A DNA stretch of 64,000 nucleotides from the NCBI GenBank assembly GCA_038065415.1, contig JBBTRA010000004.1:26092-90091 (forward strand), given 5' to 3'. Of this stretch, positions 19,908 through 29,295 are shown in pieces. The notes under the pieces are model-generated. The model was not told where the DNA came from and did no database searches. It worked only from the letters and a program-made list of their open reading frames with translations. The position numbers were made by a program, and so were the translations under genes. Within the stretch, counting starts at the first letter, position 1; every line of letters starts with the position of its first letter. Source of the stretch: Patescibacteria group bacterium (GTDB lineage: Bacteria; Patescibacteriota; Minisyncoccia; Phycocordibacterales; PALSA-1337).

Positions 19908-21788
19908 ATGTTTACACTTACTCGCTCGGAGCACAACCCCATCCTCTCTCCTCTCAAGGAACATCCCTGGGAAGCCGCTGCTGCGTTCAATGGATCACCG
20001 GTGATACAAGGTCGCAAGACTACGCTCATCTATCGAGCCATGTCTGAACCAGAACTCCTCAAAAATCCCCATATCCGCATGTCCATCATTGCTCGTGCAG
20101 ACTCGAAAGATGGGATTCATTACGAGAATCGTGAGGCACTCATACTACCTGATACCGACTTCGATCGTTATGGCTGTGAAGATCCCCGCGTCACCAAGCT
20201 CGGCAAGACCTACTATATCTTCTACACCGCACTCGGTGGCTACCCTTTTGGCGCTGACAATATCAAGGTAGCAGTCGCGTTGAGTAGTGATCTCAAGACT
20301 ATCTCCGAAAAACATCTCGTTACTCCATTCAACGCCAAAGCCATGGCGCTTTTCCCTGAAAAGATCGGTAAAAAAATGGGTGCACTCGTCACCGTCAATA
20401 CCGATCGCAAACCTTCTGACATCTGTTATGCAGAATTTGATACACCTGAAGATATGTGGTCACCTTCCTACTGGGAAGAGTGGTGGAAAAATCTCGACGC
20501 TCACAAAGTCAGCATACGCCGTCTCCCGACGGACCATCTAGAACTTGGCGCGGTCCCGCTCAAGACTGAGAAGGGCTGGCTCATCGTCTATTCTCATATA
20601 CAGAGATACGGTCAACATGATCAAGCCTTTGGTATTGAAGTTGTCCTGCTCGACCTCAAGAATCCCCGTAAGGTCATCGGTCGTACCAAGGGGCCATTCA
20701 TGATACCAGACGAGTATTATGAACATACGGGCCAAGTTCCTCATGTCATATTCCCTTCTGGCGCACTCATTCGGGGCGAACATCTCGAGATATATTACGG
20801 AGCTGCTGATACCTACTGTGCAGTCGCGACCATACCGCTCGATAACCTCCTTTCTAGTATCACTGATGATCATACTGCTGGTATGAAGCGTTTCAAGGGC
20901 AATCCCATCATTACGCCTCGTCCCGGCATGATCTGGGAAGAAAAAGGTACACTCAATCCAGCTGCGATAGACATTGGTGACAAGACCCATATCCTCTATC
21001 GAGCTTTCTCAGCAGATAACATCTCTACAATCGGCTACGCCACATCCAGCGATGGATTCTCAATTGATGAACGCCTCGACAAACCTATCTACAAACCTCG
21101 CGTCGCATTCGAATCCCGCGGTTGTGAAGATCAGCGTGTCATGCAAATCGCCGACCGTATTTATATGACCTACACCGCGTATGACGGCGGTGTACCTCGT
21201 GTAGCAGTCAGCTCCATCAGCACCAAGGATTTTTTGGCTCGTAAGTGGGGTGCGTGGTCCCTACCAAACATCATCACCCCGATGGAAGTCGACAACAAGG
21301 ACGCTGCTATTCTGCCCGAACCTGTCGACGGCAAATATATGGTGTTCCATCGCGTACATGAGAGTATCTGTGCCGACTTCGTATCATCGCTCGATTTCTC
21401 CAAGGAGAAGGTCACTCGCTGTATCGAAATCATCGCTCCCCGAAAAGGAATGTGGGATGGCGGCAAAGTCGGGATCGCAGCTCCACCTATCAAAACAGCC
21501 AAGGGCTGGCTTCTTCTCTATCACGGAGTCTCCTGGAGCACGACGTATCGAGTCGGAGCGGTTCTCCTCGACTTCAAAGATCCGACCATTGTTCGTGCAC
21601 GTACTGCTATACCCCTCTTCGAACCGGAAGAAGAATACGAGCGCAAAGGATACATACCCAATGTAGTCTTCCCGTGCGGTGCAGTCGTCCGCAGTGGCAC
21701 TCTCTATATGTACTATGGTGGTGCAGACAGCGTAGTAGGAGTCGCAACCATCAAGATGGCGACTCTCCTCAAAATGCTCGAAGTATAG
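19908..21788 (+). CDS. Tandem double GH130-domain protein
   Basis: Two copies of the NP...YRA...ED.R...YYG motif set. Confidence 0.9.
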   Translation: MFTLTRSEHNPILSPLKEHPWEAAAAFNGSPVIQGRKTTLIYRAMSEPELLKNPHIRMSIIARADSKDGIHYENREALILPDTDFDRYGCEDPRVTKLGKTYYIFYTALGGYPFGADNIKVAVALSSDLKTISEKHLVTPFNAKAMALFPEKIGKKMGALVTVNTDRKPSDICYAEFDTPEDMWSPSYWEEWWKNLDAHKVSIRRLPTDHLELGAVPLKTEKGWLIVYSHIQRYGQHDQAFGIEVVLLDLKNPRKVIGRTKGPFMIPDEYYEHTGQVPHVIFPSGALIRGEHLEIYYGAADTYCAVATIPLDNLLSSITDDHTAGMKRFKGNPIITPRPGMIWEEKGTLNPAAIDIGDKTHILYRAFSADNISTIGYATSSDGFSIDERLDKPIYKPRVAFESRGCEDQRVMQIADRIYMTYTAYDGGVPRVAVSSISTKDFLARKWGAWSLPNIITPMEVDNKDAAILPEPVDGKYMVFHRVHESICADFVSSLDFSKEKVTRCIEIIAPRKGMWDGGKVGIAAPPIKTAKGWLLLYHGVSWSTTYRVGAVLLDFKDPTIVRARTAIPLFEPEEEYERKGYIPNVVFPCGAVVRSGTLYMYYGGADSVVGVATIKMATLLKMLEV

Positions 21789-21789
21789 T

Positions 21790-22545
21790 ATGACCGCGTA
21801 CTCAAAACAGCTCATCATATTTGATCTTGACGGAACACTCGCTCCGAGCAAATCTTCTGTCGATCCTGAGATGGCCGAGTTGCTGGGCAAGCTCCTGGAG
21901 CGCAAGAAAGTTGCGATCATGTCCGGTGGCGGCTACCCACAATTCGAAACTCAGCTACTCCGCGCATTGCCGCACACAGGAGAAAACCTCTCCAACCTCC
22001 TCATCATGCCAACTTCAGGTACCAAATTATATATTTGGCAAGGAACATGGCGTGAGCAATATTCCGAACATCTGACGCTCAAGGAAAAAGAAAAGATCAT
22101 GGGAGCGCTCAACGCTGCACTCAAACAAGGTGGATATGAACAACCAGCAAAGATATATGGAGATCTCATCGAGGATCGAGGTTCTCAAGTCACCTTCTCT
22201 GCGCTCGGGCAGAATGCCCCCCTCGAAGCAAAAGCAGCCTGGGATCCCACCCGCACAAAACGTGATGCGATCGTGTCATTTCTGCAAGCACGGATACCTG
22301 AGTTTGATACACGCCTGGGCGGCACCACTTCTATAGATATCACCAAAAGAGGTGTGAACAAGGGCTACGGCATCCGAAAGCTCGAGGAACATCTCAAGAT
22401 GCCACTGGAAAGCATGGTATTCGTCGGAGATGCCCTCTATCGAGGAGGAAATGATTACCCTGCCAAAGCAACTGGCATAGACTGTATACAGGTTTCTGGT
22501 CCCGAAGAGACAAAGAAACTCATTGCAAGCTGGCTTGTAGAGTAG
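21790..22545 (+). CDS. HAD-IIB phosphomannomutase-like enzyme (eukaryotic PMM type)
   Basis: FDLDGTLA, EDRGSQ, GGTTSIDI and GD...GGNDY motifs. Confidence 0.85.
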   Translation: MTAYSKQLIIFDLDGTLAPSKSSVDPEMAELLGKLLERKKVAIMSGGGYPQFETQLLRALPHTGENLSNLLIMPTSGTKLYIWQGTWREQYSEHLTLKEKEKIMGALNAALKQGGYEQPAKIYGDLIEDRGSQVTFSALGQNAPLEAKAAWDPTRTKRDAIVSFLQARIPEFDTRLGGTTSIDITKRGVNKGYGIRKLEEHLKMPLESMVFVGDALYRGGNDYPAKATGIDCIQVSGPEETKKLIASWLVE

Positions 22546-22605
22546 CCACCGTCCTTGCACGGAAATCTAGGAATTGTACAATACCGGCAGTACCGAAAGG
22601 CATGT

Positions 22606-22908
22606 ATGCTTCAAAGCCCTATAGCAGAGAGGATCTTGAGCGGCGAACACCTCGTATTGGTGACGATCGATGAAGATTGCTCCAGGCTTCAGGTCCTGAA
22701 GCACAATCTCTCGAATCTCGGACGACATGCTGGCATCCGTTGCAATGTCAGCCCACTACCGACTACTCGCGGCGACGAAGGAATCATCCATATCGAACAT
22801 GTGGAATTACCAAATCGCCAACGAGTCATCACCATTCTCGAAAATTCACCCCTCCTAATAACAGTCAAGCAAGACGATCAGTTGCATCCGAACAACACAC
22901 ACCCATGA
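22606..22908 (+). CDS. Hypothetical protein
   Basis: Short ORF ending at a hairpin terminator. Confidence 0.4.
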   Translation: MLQSPIAERILSGEHLVLVTIDEDCSRLQVLKHNLSNLGRHAGIRCNVSPLPTTRGDEGIIHIEHVELPNRQRVITILENSPLLITVKQDDQLHPNNTHP

Positions 22909-22954
22909 ATCAAAGCGGTTCGGGTGTGTATTTTATTCCGCCAAGCGCGAGTGT

Positions 22955-23905
22955 TTATTGCGCACTCAACATAGCTTCTGCTTTGCGAAGCAATATTCGT
23001 GTATCACTTTCCCTATTCTGAGAACCGAGCACTACTACCGCAACCTTCTTTCCACCAATATTCATAATTGTCACCATGGTCTCTCCTGCTTCCGGAGTCC
23101 TACCTGTTTTGCCCCCGATGAACCGAGGATCAGTGACAAATGGGTGCGTGCTCTGAAAAATATGAGACCCATGCTCACTTGTAGTAGCAACCTCCATGAT
23201 AGGAACGCGCGTAATCGCAAGAATGTCAGGACGGTAATTGACGAGATAGCCCGCGAGCGCAAATATATCTCGTGCGGTAGCCGCATTTTGTGGACTCACT
23301 CCCGACGGGTCTGCAAAGAATGAGTTCGGCATACCGATCTCCCAAGAATAACTACTCATCAGTTCTAGAAATTCTGGCCTATCCTCTGTCGATGAAGAGA
23401 GAGCTTCAGCTGCTATATTCGATGAACTGAGAAGTAGTGGATACAATATCTCACTCCGCGTAAAGCGTTCACCTTCCATGAGCCCACTCCTATCGGGAGG
23501 AGCCAAGAGGGCCGCGGGCGTGATTTCAATCGTGGAACTTGCTGACACAATATCGGTCGTCACAAAGGCGGTGACGAGCTTTGACATAGATGCAACCGGC
23601 AGAACCTTCTGACTGTTGTAGTCTGTAAATATATTGCCAGTAACTGTATCTCCAATGAGATACGCTCGAGCTGTTACACCCGGTATCTTCAAGGGATCAA
23701 CGATGGCCACACCTACAACTGGTTCAACATTTGTAGCGGGCGCAAAGAACGACGGATCTGGTTCGGTGGTGACATGGCGCGGTACGAACACCAACGGGCT
23801 ACTGATTACAACTTGAGAAGATTGGTTAATCTTGATACCTGCTGCAATACCGACAGCAGCGAGACAAGCAACTATGATTACGGTGAGAGATTTATCGGAA
23901 AGCAT
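22955..23905 (-). CDS. D-alanyl-D-alanine carboxypeptidase (peptidase S11)
   Basis: SxxK (ASMSK), SxN (SSN) and KTG motifs; N-terminal TM. Confidence 0.9.
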   Translation of the reverse strand: MLSDKSLTVIIVACLAAVGIAAGIKINQSSQVVISSPLVFVPRHVTTEPDPSFFAPATNVEPVVGVAIVDPLKIPGVTARAYLIGDTVTGNIFTDYNSQKVLPVASMSKLVTAFVTTDIVSASSTIEITPAALLAPPDRSGLMEGERFTRSEILYPLLLSSSNIAAEALSSSTEDRPEFLELMSSYSWEIGMPNSFFADPSGVSPQNAATARDIFALAGYLVNYRPDILAITRVPIMEVATTSEHGSHIFQSTHPFVTDPRFIGGKTGRTPEAGETMVTIMNIGGKKVAVVVLGSQNRESDTRILLRKAEAMLSAQ

Positions 23906-23932
23906 TACCCATATATTGTATCCTATATCGAA

Positions 23933-24418
23933 TCATCTGGTAACCGATATACTGGGGGTTAATTCACCTGTCGAGCTTGCAGTAATCCTACCCGTACTAT
24001 CACGCCATATTTCATAGCCCGTGTTGTAGTCCGTTGTGTTAGTGAAGTGTGCTCCCGGTTGTAATGGATCAAATGGAAGCGATGATACATAATCTGGAAC
24101 GAGACAGGTCGCAATATCACCAGGATCACCTGGTATGGAAGAGCTTCTGACAATGGTGGCGGTAGTAGGTATCTCACGAATCACATCCTCGCACACAAAA
24201 CTACCCTTGTGTTCAGACATATTCTGGTGTATCGCGTTCAAGAGTGTATTCACATTACTGGTACGCTGAGAGTCGCGTGCCAATTTGAATTGCCGAGACG
24301 GATTGACGGCAACCAAGACAATCGCCGCCAACACGGCGATGATGCCGATAACCACAAGAACTTCAATCAGAGTAAACCCTGTGCGTACTTTTTGCTTAAA
24401 ATAGATATGTACATGCAT
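23933..24418 (-). CDS. Type IV pilin-like protein
   Basis: GFTLIEVLVVIGIIAVLA prepilin motif, ARD..R..N and LPFDP; start uncertain (24418 or 24451). Confidence 0.88.
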   Translation of the reverse strand: MHVHIYFKQKVRTGFTLIEVLVVIGIIAVLAAIVLVAVNPSRQFKLARDSQRTSNVNTLLNAIHQNMSEHKGSFVCEDVIREIPTTATIVRSSSIPGDPGDIATCLVPDYVSSLPFDPLQPGAHFTNTTDYNTGYEIWRDSTGRITASSTGELTPSISVTR

Positions 24419-24513
24419 GAATATATAAGTCTTATAAACTGATAATGCCATAAAGCTACCAAGATCAAATGAAGTAACGATGATGACGTGTTAGATATTT
24501 CATGAACCCAGGC

Positions 24514-24633
24514 AAAACAACCCGGGAAACTGTATGTGTGTGCTGTGTGGTTATGCAGAACGGTTCCCTAAGGTGCGGTGTACAGACACTACATAACCAC
24601 ACAGCACACACATACAGTTTCCCGGGTTGTTTT
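24514..24633. repeat. Perfect 42-bp inverted repeat with 36-bp spacer
   Basis: 24514-24555 AAAACAACCCGGGAAACTGTATGTGTGTGCTGTGTGGTTATG is the exact reverse complement of 24592-24633. Confidence 0.95.
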
Positions 24634-24701
24634 CTTTTCCCCATCTTTTCCCCCTTTATCCATTTACACGCCACTTTTTGACACATGATACAATTACGGC
24701 C

Positions 24702-26087
24702 ATGAATACAGCATCCCCCTACTTCAAGACAAAAGATCTCAAGATACCTCCACAAAATATAGAGGCAGAAAAGGCCCTTCTAGGCTCCATACTTATCCGC
24801 GGAGAGGCTATGCACGACATCGTAGATATCGTCGGAGAGGCATCCTTCTACTCCAACCAGCACAAAAACATCTGGGCTGCCATCTTCGAGCTTCACAGCA
24901 AGACGACTCCCATAGATCTGTTATCTCTCTCGGCTCGCCTCAAAGATAAGAACCTCCTCGAACAGTCCGGTGGCATGACATATCTGACCGAACTCATTAA
25001 TGCGGTCCCATCATCCACCAATGCCGACCACTACGCTGAGATCGTGCAAAAAAAGCACATCATGCGTGAACTTCTGCGTGCGGCGGAACATATCACTGGT
25101 CTCGGATATGATGAGGAGGGCGAACTCCACGACATCCTCGAGAAAGCTGAGAAGGCACTCTATGCCGTGACCAACAAAACTGGTTCACACAAGTTCGTAG
25201 CCCTCAAAGATACTCTTCATGAAGCATGGGAGCGTATCGATCGTCTGCACAGCACCAAGGATGAGCTCCGCGGAGTGCCTACTGGTTTCGTGGAGATCGA
25301 CAACAAGCTCGCAGGCTTTCAAAAATCAGACCTCATCATTCTTGCCGCGCGTCCTTCTATGGGTAAGACTTCCCTCGCACTCGATATCGCGCGCAAGTCT
25401 GCCGTCAACCACAAAGTACCCGTAGCAATATTCTCGCTCGAAATGAGCTCTCAGCAGCTCGTAGATCGTATGCTCGCCGCAGAGTCGCAGGTCGACTCTT
25501 GGAAGATTCGTACGGGTCATTTCGAGAAGCTCTCGGCCCAACATGACTTCAAGGCTATCAACGAGGCCATGGGTCGCCTCTCGGAAGCCCCAATCTATAT
25601 CGATGACCAGCCTGGCAACAATATCCTCAAAATGCGTGCCACTGCTCGCCGTCTCAAGAATGAGAAAGGTCTCGGCCTCATCATCGTCGACTATCTCCAG
25701 CTCATGGTACCGACGCAGGCCCGTGGTTCTGACAACCTCGTCCAACAGGTCACCGAGATCTCGCGATCCCTCAAGAACCTCGCCCGTGAACTCGAGGTAC
25801 CCGTCCTTGCCCTCTCCCAGCTCTCTCGTGAAGTCGAGAAACGCGGTGGTAAACCTCGCCTCTCCGATCTCCGTGACTCGGGTTCCATCGAGCAGGATGC
25901 TGATGTGGTTATGTTCATCCATCGTGAATCAGATCAGGATCAGGGTGGTCGCCGTGAAGAGGCCGAGATCCTCATCGAAAAGCACCGCAACGGTCCTACC
26001 GGTATCGCCAAACTCTTCTTCGACAGCAAGAAGACAACGTTCATGTCGGTCGACAAGGCTGATTTTGGTGGATTTGAGAAGATGTAA
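24702..26087 (+). CDS. dnaB: Replicative DNA helicase
   Basis: PPQNIEAE, AARPSMGKT, FSLEM, DYLQL, LSQLSR and SGSIEQDAD motifs. Confidence 0.98.
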   Translation: MNTASPYFKTKDLKIPPQNIEAEKALLGSILIRGEAMHDIVDIVGEASFYSNQHKNIWAAIFELHSKTTPIDLLSLSARLKDKNLLEQSGGMTYLTELINAVPSSTNADHYAEIVQKKHIMRELLRAAEHITGLGYDEEGELHDILEKAEKALYAVTNKTGSHKFVALKDTLHEAWERIDRLHSTKDELRGVPTGFVEIDNKLAGFQKSDLIILAARPSMGKTSLALDIARKSAVNHKVPVAIFSLEMSSQQLVDRMLAAESQVDSWKIRTGHFEKLSAQHDFKAINEAMGRLSEAPIYIDDQPGNNILKMRATARRLKNEKGLGLIIVDYLQLMVPTQARGSDNLVQQVTEISRSLKNLARELEVPVLALSQLSREVEKRGGKPRLSDLRDSGSIEQDADVVMFIHRESDQDQGGRREEAEILIEKHRNGPTGIAKLFFDSKKTTFMSVDKADFGGFEKM

Positions 26088-26090
26088 TCT

Positions 26091-26708
26091 ATGGACTCAC
26101 TCCATCGCCTCGAAGAACTCTTCGCAAAATTTCCTGGAATTGGCCCTCGCCAAGCCAAGCGTTTTGTATACTACCTCCTCAACAAGTCCCCTTCATATAT
26201 TCGTGAGTTCACGCAACTCGTGGAAGAGGTCAGGAAATCCACCAGCGAATGTACCCAGTGTCACCGCATCTCATTTGGAAGTGCGAGCTCTCTCTGTTCT
26301 ACGTGCTCAGACAAAAATCGTGACGGTTCCCTGCTCATGATCGTGGCGCGCGACTCCGACTTTGAAACTATTGAAAAAAGTGGCGCATATCGTGGTCTCT
26401 ACTTCATTCTGGGAGGAACTATTCCCATCCTCGACAAAGAACCCGACAAGAGAATTCGGCTGCAAGGACTTCTCGAACATGTATCGAGGGCCATTTCAGG
26501 AAATCAGCCTCTCAAAGAAATCATCCTTTCCCTGAATGCGACTCCCGAAGGCGAACATACAGCAACTATCGCCAAAGAAGCCGTTGGTAAGATACTCAAG
26601 GACTCACCAGTCAAAATATCCCTTCTTGGTCGTGGTCTCTCGACGGGCGCTGAGCTCGAGTATGTGGATGGTGAGACCATCAAGAACGCCTTGCTCAACA
26701 GAAACTAA
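26091..26708 (+). CDS. recR: Recombination mediator RecR
   Basis: HhH PGIGP, C4 zinc finger, Toprim EGE.T and LEYVD motifs. Confidence 0.95.
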   Translation: MDSLHRLEELFAKFPGIGPRQAKRFVYYLLNKSPSYIREFTQLVEEVRKSTSECTQCHRISFGSASSLCSTCSDKNRDGSLLMIVARDSDFETIEKSGAYRGLYFILGGTIPILDKEPDKRIRLQGLLEHVSRAISGNQPLKEIILSLNATPEGEHTATIAKEAVGKILKDSPVKISLLGRGLSTGAELEYVDGETIKNALLNRN

Positions 26709-26734
26709 AAAACCACCTTCATCAGGTGGTTTTT
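26707..26734. terminator. Bidirectional terminator between recR and rplU
   Basis: A6-CCACCT...AGGTGG-T5 between convergent genes. Confidence 0.8.
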
Positions 26735-27050
26735 ATTTGACCGCGTCAATCTTCACTTTGAAGAAAGGCTGGCGATGGCCGTTCTTCTTGTAGTACCTGC
26801 TCTTCTGTTTGTAGTGGATGACCGTAATCTTCGGGGCGCGGCCAATCTCAGTGATAGTTGCCTTAACCTCGGCCTTAGCGATGTACGGGGTACCTACAGT
26901 GGTATCCTTACCATCATCAACAAGGAGAACTTTGTCGAATACAACCTTGTCACCTTCCTTGTGGGTATCGGAAAGTTTCTCGATAGTGATGACATCACCC
27001 TTCGAGACGGTGTATTGCTTGCCTCCTGTAGCTATAACTGCAAATTCCAT
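26733..27050 (-). CDS. rplU: 50S ribosomal protein L21
   Basis: AVIATGGKQY and GHRQPF motifs. Confidence 0.97.
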   Translation of the reverse strand: MEFAVIATGGKQYTVSKGDVITIEKLSDTHKEGDKVVFDKVLLVDDGKDTTVGTPYIAKAEVKATITEIGRAPKITVIHYKQKSRYYKKNGHRQPFFKVKIDAVK

Positions 27051-27209
27051 ATGTGGAGACTATTCTACATTATTACCGGAAAAATGCAAATCTGAGGCGT
27101 GATCTCAAGGATATTCTCGTTCTGGGGTATAAAAAAGGGAGAATCCGTGAGGATCCTCCCTGTGCGCCCGCGATCACGCGGGACAAAGAACTAAACGAAC
27201 TTCTTGTGC

Positions 27210-28019
27210 TTATGGAGCTCCGAAGCCGCCTGCTGCAGTTTTCGAGAAACTGCCCGCCGCTGCTTGGCTGGCCCGCTGAGCCGACTTCGAGACCATGGCG
27301 AATGCCTTGCGGATTTCGGTCGGACTATTGCCGGGGGTCAGGATCCATTCTTTCGGGATACCCATGTCTCCGAACACCTGTTCGAAGTTCGTACTGCCGT
27401 CATCGATACCGACGCCACAGACGATGTGGTTCTCCTTCTTCAAGAGATCCCGCACCACCTTTTTGACATCAGCCGCTGACGAGTTTGAACCTTGGTCACA
27501 ACCATCAGTGATGATAGCCGTCACCGTCCGAGCGGGGATTCCGTTGTTTTCGAAATCCGCCGTCTTGGCGATGAGTGTAGCGAGGATGGCCAGCGACTGA
27601 TCGTAGAGCGGCGTGCCGCCGTTCGGATTGTAATTACGCTGAGTCATCTCCACCGCATGATCAAGTGGGACGAACGGGTACAGGAGTGTGCCGTTAAGAT
27701 ACCGACAATGAACCTGAACACCGTCGCCTGCTTTTGCACCTTTCAGGGCATCGAGGACGGTATTGTGGCCTTCCCGAACTGCTTCGGTATTACCAGCAAC
27801 CATCCGGATGGAACCCGAGTCATCGATGAGGAGCTGAACCAGCACCACTTCGCTTGCTTGAGTATCCCCTGCCGGTGCACCCATCGCTGCGGCGATCTGT
27901 TCGCCGATATCAGCGATCTGAAGAGCATCGGCCGCCCCTTGTGAGAGGAGACCGCTACTTTGCGCCGCTTCGAGGAGCACGGTAACATCCGCGCTTTTAC
28001 TGCCAGGATTAGTCTGCAT
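27210..28019 (-). CDS. vWA-domain protein (TerY/YegL-like)
   Basis: MIDAS motif DDSGS, GGTPLYD and IITDG. Confidence 0.85.
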   Translation of the reverse strand: MQTNPGSKSADVTVLLEAAQSSGLLSQGAADALQIADIGEQIAAAMGAPAGDTQASEVVLVQLLIDDSGSIRMVAGNTEAVREGHNTVLDALKGAKAGDGVQVHCRYLNGTLLYPFVPLDHAVEMTQRNYNPNGGTPLYDQSLAILATLIAKTADFENNGIPARTVTAIITDGCDQGSNSSAADVKKVVRDLLKKENHIVCGVGIDDGSTNFEQVFGDMGIPKEWILTPGNSPTEIRKAFAMVSKSAQRASQAAAGSFSKTAAGGFGAP

Positions 28020-28055
28020 TCTATAGCCTTTCTTTTCTGTTTGTTTTTGTGAGGT

Positions 28056-29288
28056 TCAGCCCATGAAGCCGTCCCAGTTTTCCACTGGATCGGTCGATTT
28101 TACGAGGTGCATACCTTCGCTTGCGAACCTGGCAAACGCTTTATCGGCGTCGGCCGTGAAGTCCACAAAGAAGCCGCCTGCCGGATTCGGGACCGCCACC
28201 GGTGAGGTGCAGTCTTCCAGCAGATAGACCTTCTTGGCCAGCTCAGGATCCTGAGCTTTGATCTCCGACAGGAGGTCGGCGATGGTCCACGCCACACAGT
28301 GGCTCTTGGCCTGCCCCGCGATGATGACGCGGTGCGACCGGAGCAGCGTGCGGATGAATTTGGTATTCTTCTGAGCGATGGCGTTACCGCCATGCCCGAT
28401 CAAGACTTCAGGGCGCAGGATCGAGTAGTTCTCGGTCAGCACCTTGTTGCCCTTGATCTCCGGCCACATCATACTGGCGCGAGCCATGCTATGGAAGTAG
28501 CCTGCTTCTTCGACGGCAGATACCAACGCGTGGCCGATGCCGCCCAACATGGCGTGATAAGGCCAGATGGTCAAACCGAACTTGCCTTCCTTTTCCAAGG
28601 TCGCGCAATAGTGAATCGCATGCTGTTGCAGGCCATTATAGGTCTTGGCCACCGCAGCTTTGCTTTTGTCTTCCGAGAGTGACCAGGCAATTTCCGGATT
28701 TACCTTCCACTGACCGCTCCGAAGAGTGGCCGAGGTGACAGGAACCGGATCAACGATCGGCACCGGATGATCCCCTTGAGCGTTCACGAAGAACGTCCGG
28801 TGGAAAATCTGCATGGTCGCATGCGTATCCATCGTCGGCGCAATCTGGGTGATGATCCCGAGATTACGATAGATGAATTCACACAACCGGCGATTGTCAT
28901 CAACGGCACCTGTGCCGCTCTGCCCGCCGACATACAATTCGAAGCCGGGGATGCAGAACGTGTTCTGAGCGTCAACAATAAGCAGAGTCACATGGCGATC
29001 GTCTTGCGATGCCACGGGGATCCGGTGCTGTTGGCGCCATTTGAGCGCTACCGGCTCGAGGCCGTTGTAATCAACCCGACGAACCGTACCAACGGTCTTA
29101 GGATCGAAGTGAGGTGGAATCGGCAATTGCCGAGTAGGAGTAGCCGTAGCTGTCATAACTTTCTTTTGTACCTTTCTTTGCTGTTTGTTTTTGTGTTTAT
29201 TGCGTTTGGAACTAATTGCCTTTTTGCTTTTTCTGAAGGGTCGCGCCGGCAACCTGCGCGCGACCTTTTTTTTCTGCTTGGTTTTCAT
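28056..29288 (-). CDS. Nicotinamidase-like cysteine hydrolase (isochorismatase superfamily)
   Basis: IVDAQNTF (Asp), TMDTH and WPYH metal ligands, KG (Lys), AKSHCV (Cys); alternative start MTATAT at about 29156. Confidence 0.8.
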   Translation of the reverse strand: MKTKQKKKVARRLPARPFRKSKKAISSKRNKHKNKQQRKVQKKVMTATATPTRQLPIPPHFDPKTVGTVRRVDYNGLEPVALKWRQQHRIPVASQDDRHVTLLIVDAQNTFCIPGFELYVGGQSGTGAVDDNRRLCEFIYRNLGIITQIAPTMDTHATMQIFHRTFFVNAQGDHPVPIVDPVPVTSATLRSGQWKVNPEIAWSLSEDKSKAAVAKTYNGLQQHAIHYCATLEKEGKFGLTIWPYHAMLGGIGHALVSAVEEAGYFHSMARASMMWPEIKGNKVLTENYSILRPEVLIGHGGNAIAQKNTKFIRTLLRSHRVIIAGQAKSHCVAWTIADLLSEIKAQDPELAKKVYLLEDCTSPVAVPNPAGGFFVDFTADADKAFARFASEGMHLVKSTDPVENWDGFMG

Positions 29289-29295
29289 ACGCCAA

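Noticed and set aside
24465-24755. 96-aa Cys-rich ORF across the inverted repeat
   Set aside because: It is an artefact of the TG-rich palindrome and overlaps the dnaB start.
25543-26340. Long alternative-frame and antisense ORFs (also 35544-36617, 43520-44431, 38489-39238)
   Set aside because: They overlap well-supported genes, carry no motifs and are explained by codon bias.
26733-27050. rplU without adjacent rpmA
   Set aside because: Split ribosomal clusters are unremarkable in reduced genomes, and the window cannot show whether rpmA is lost.
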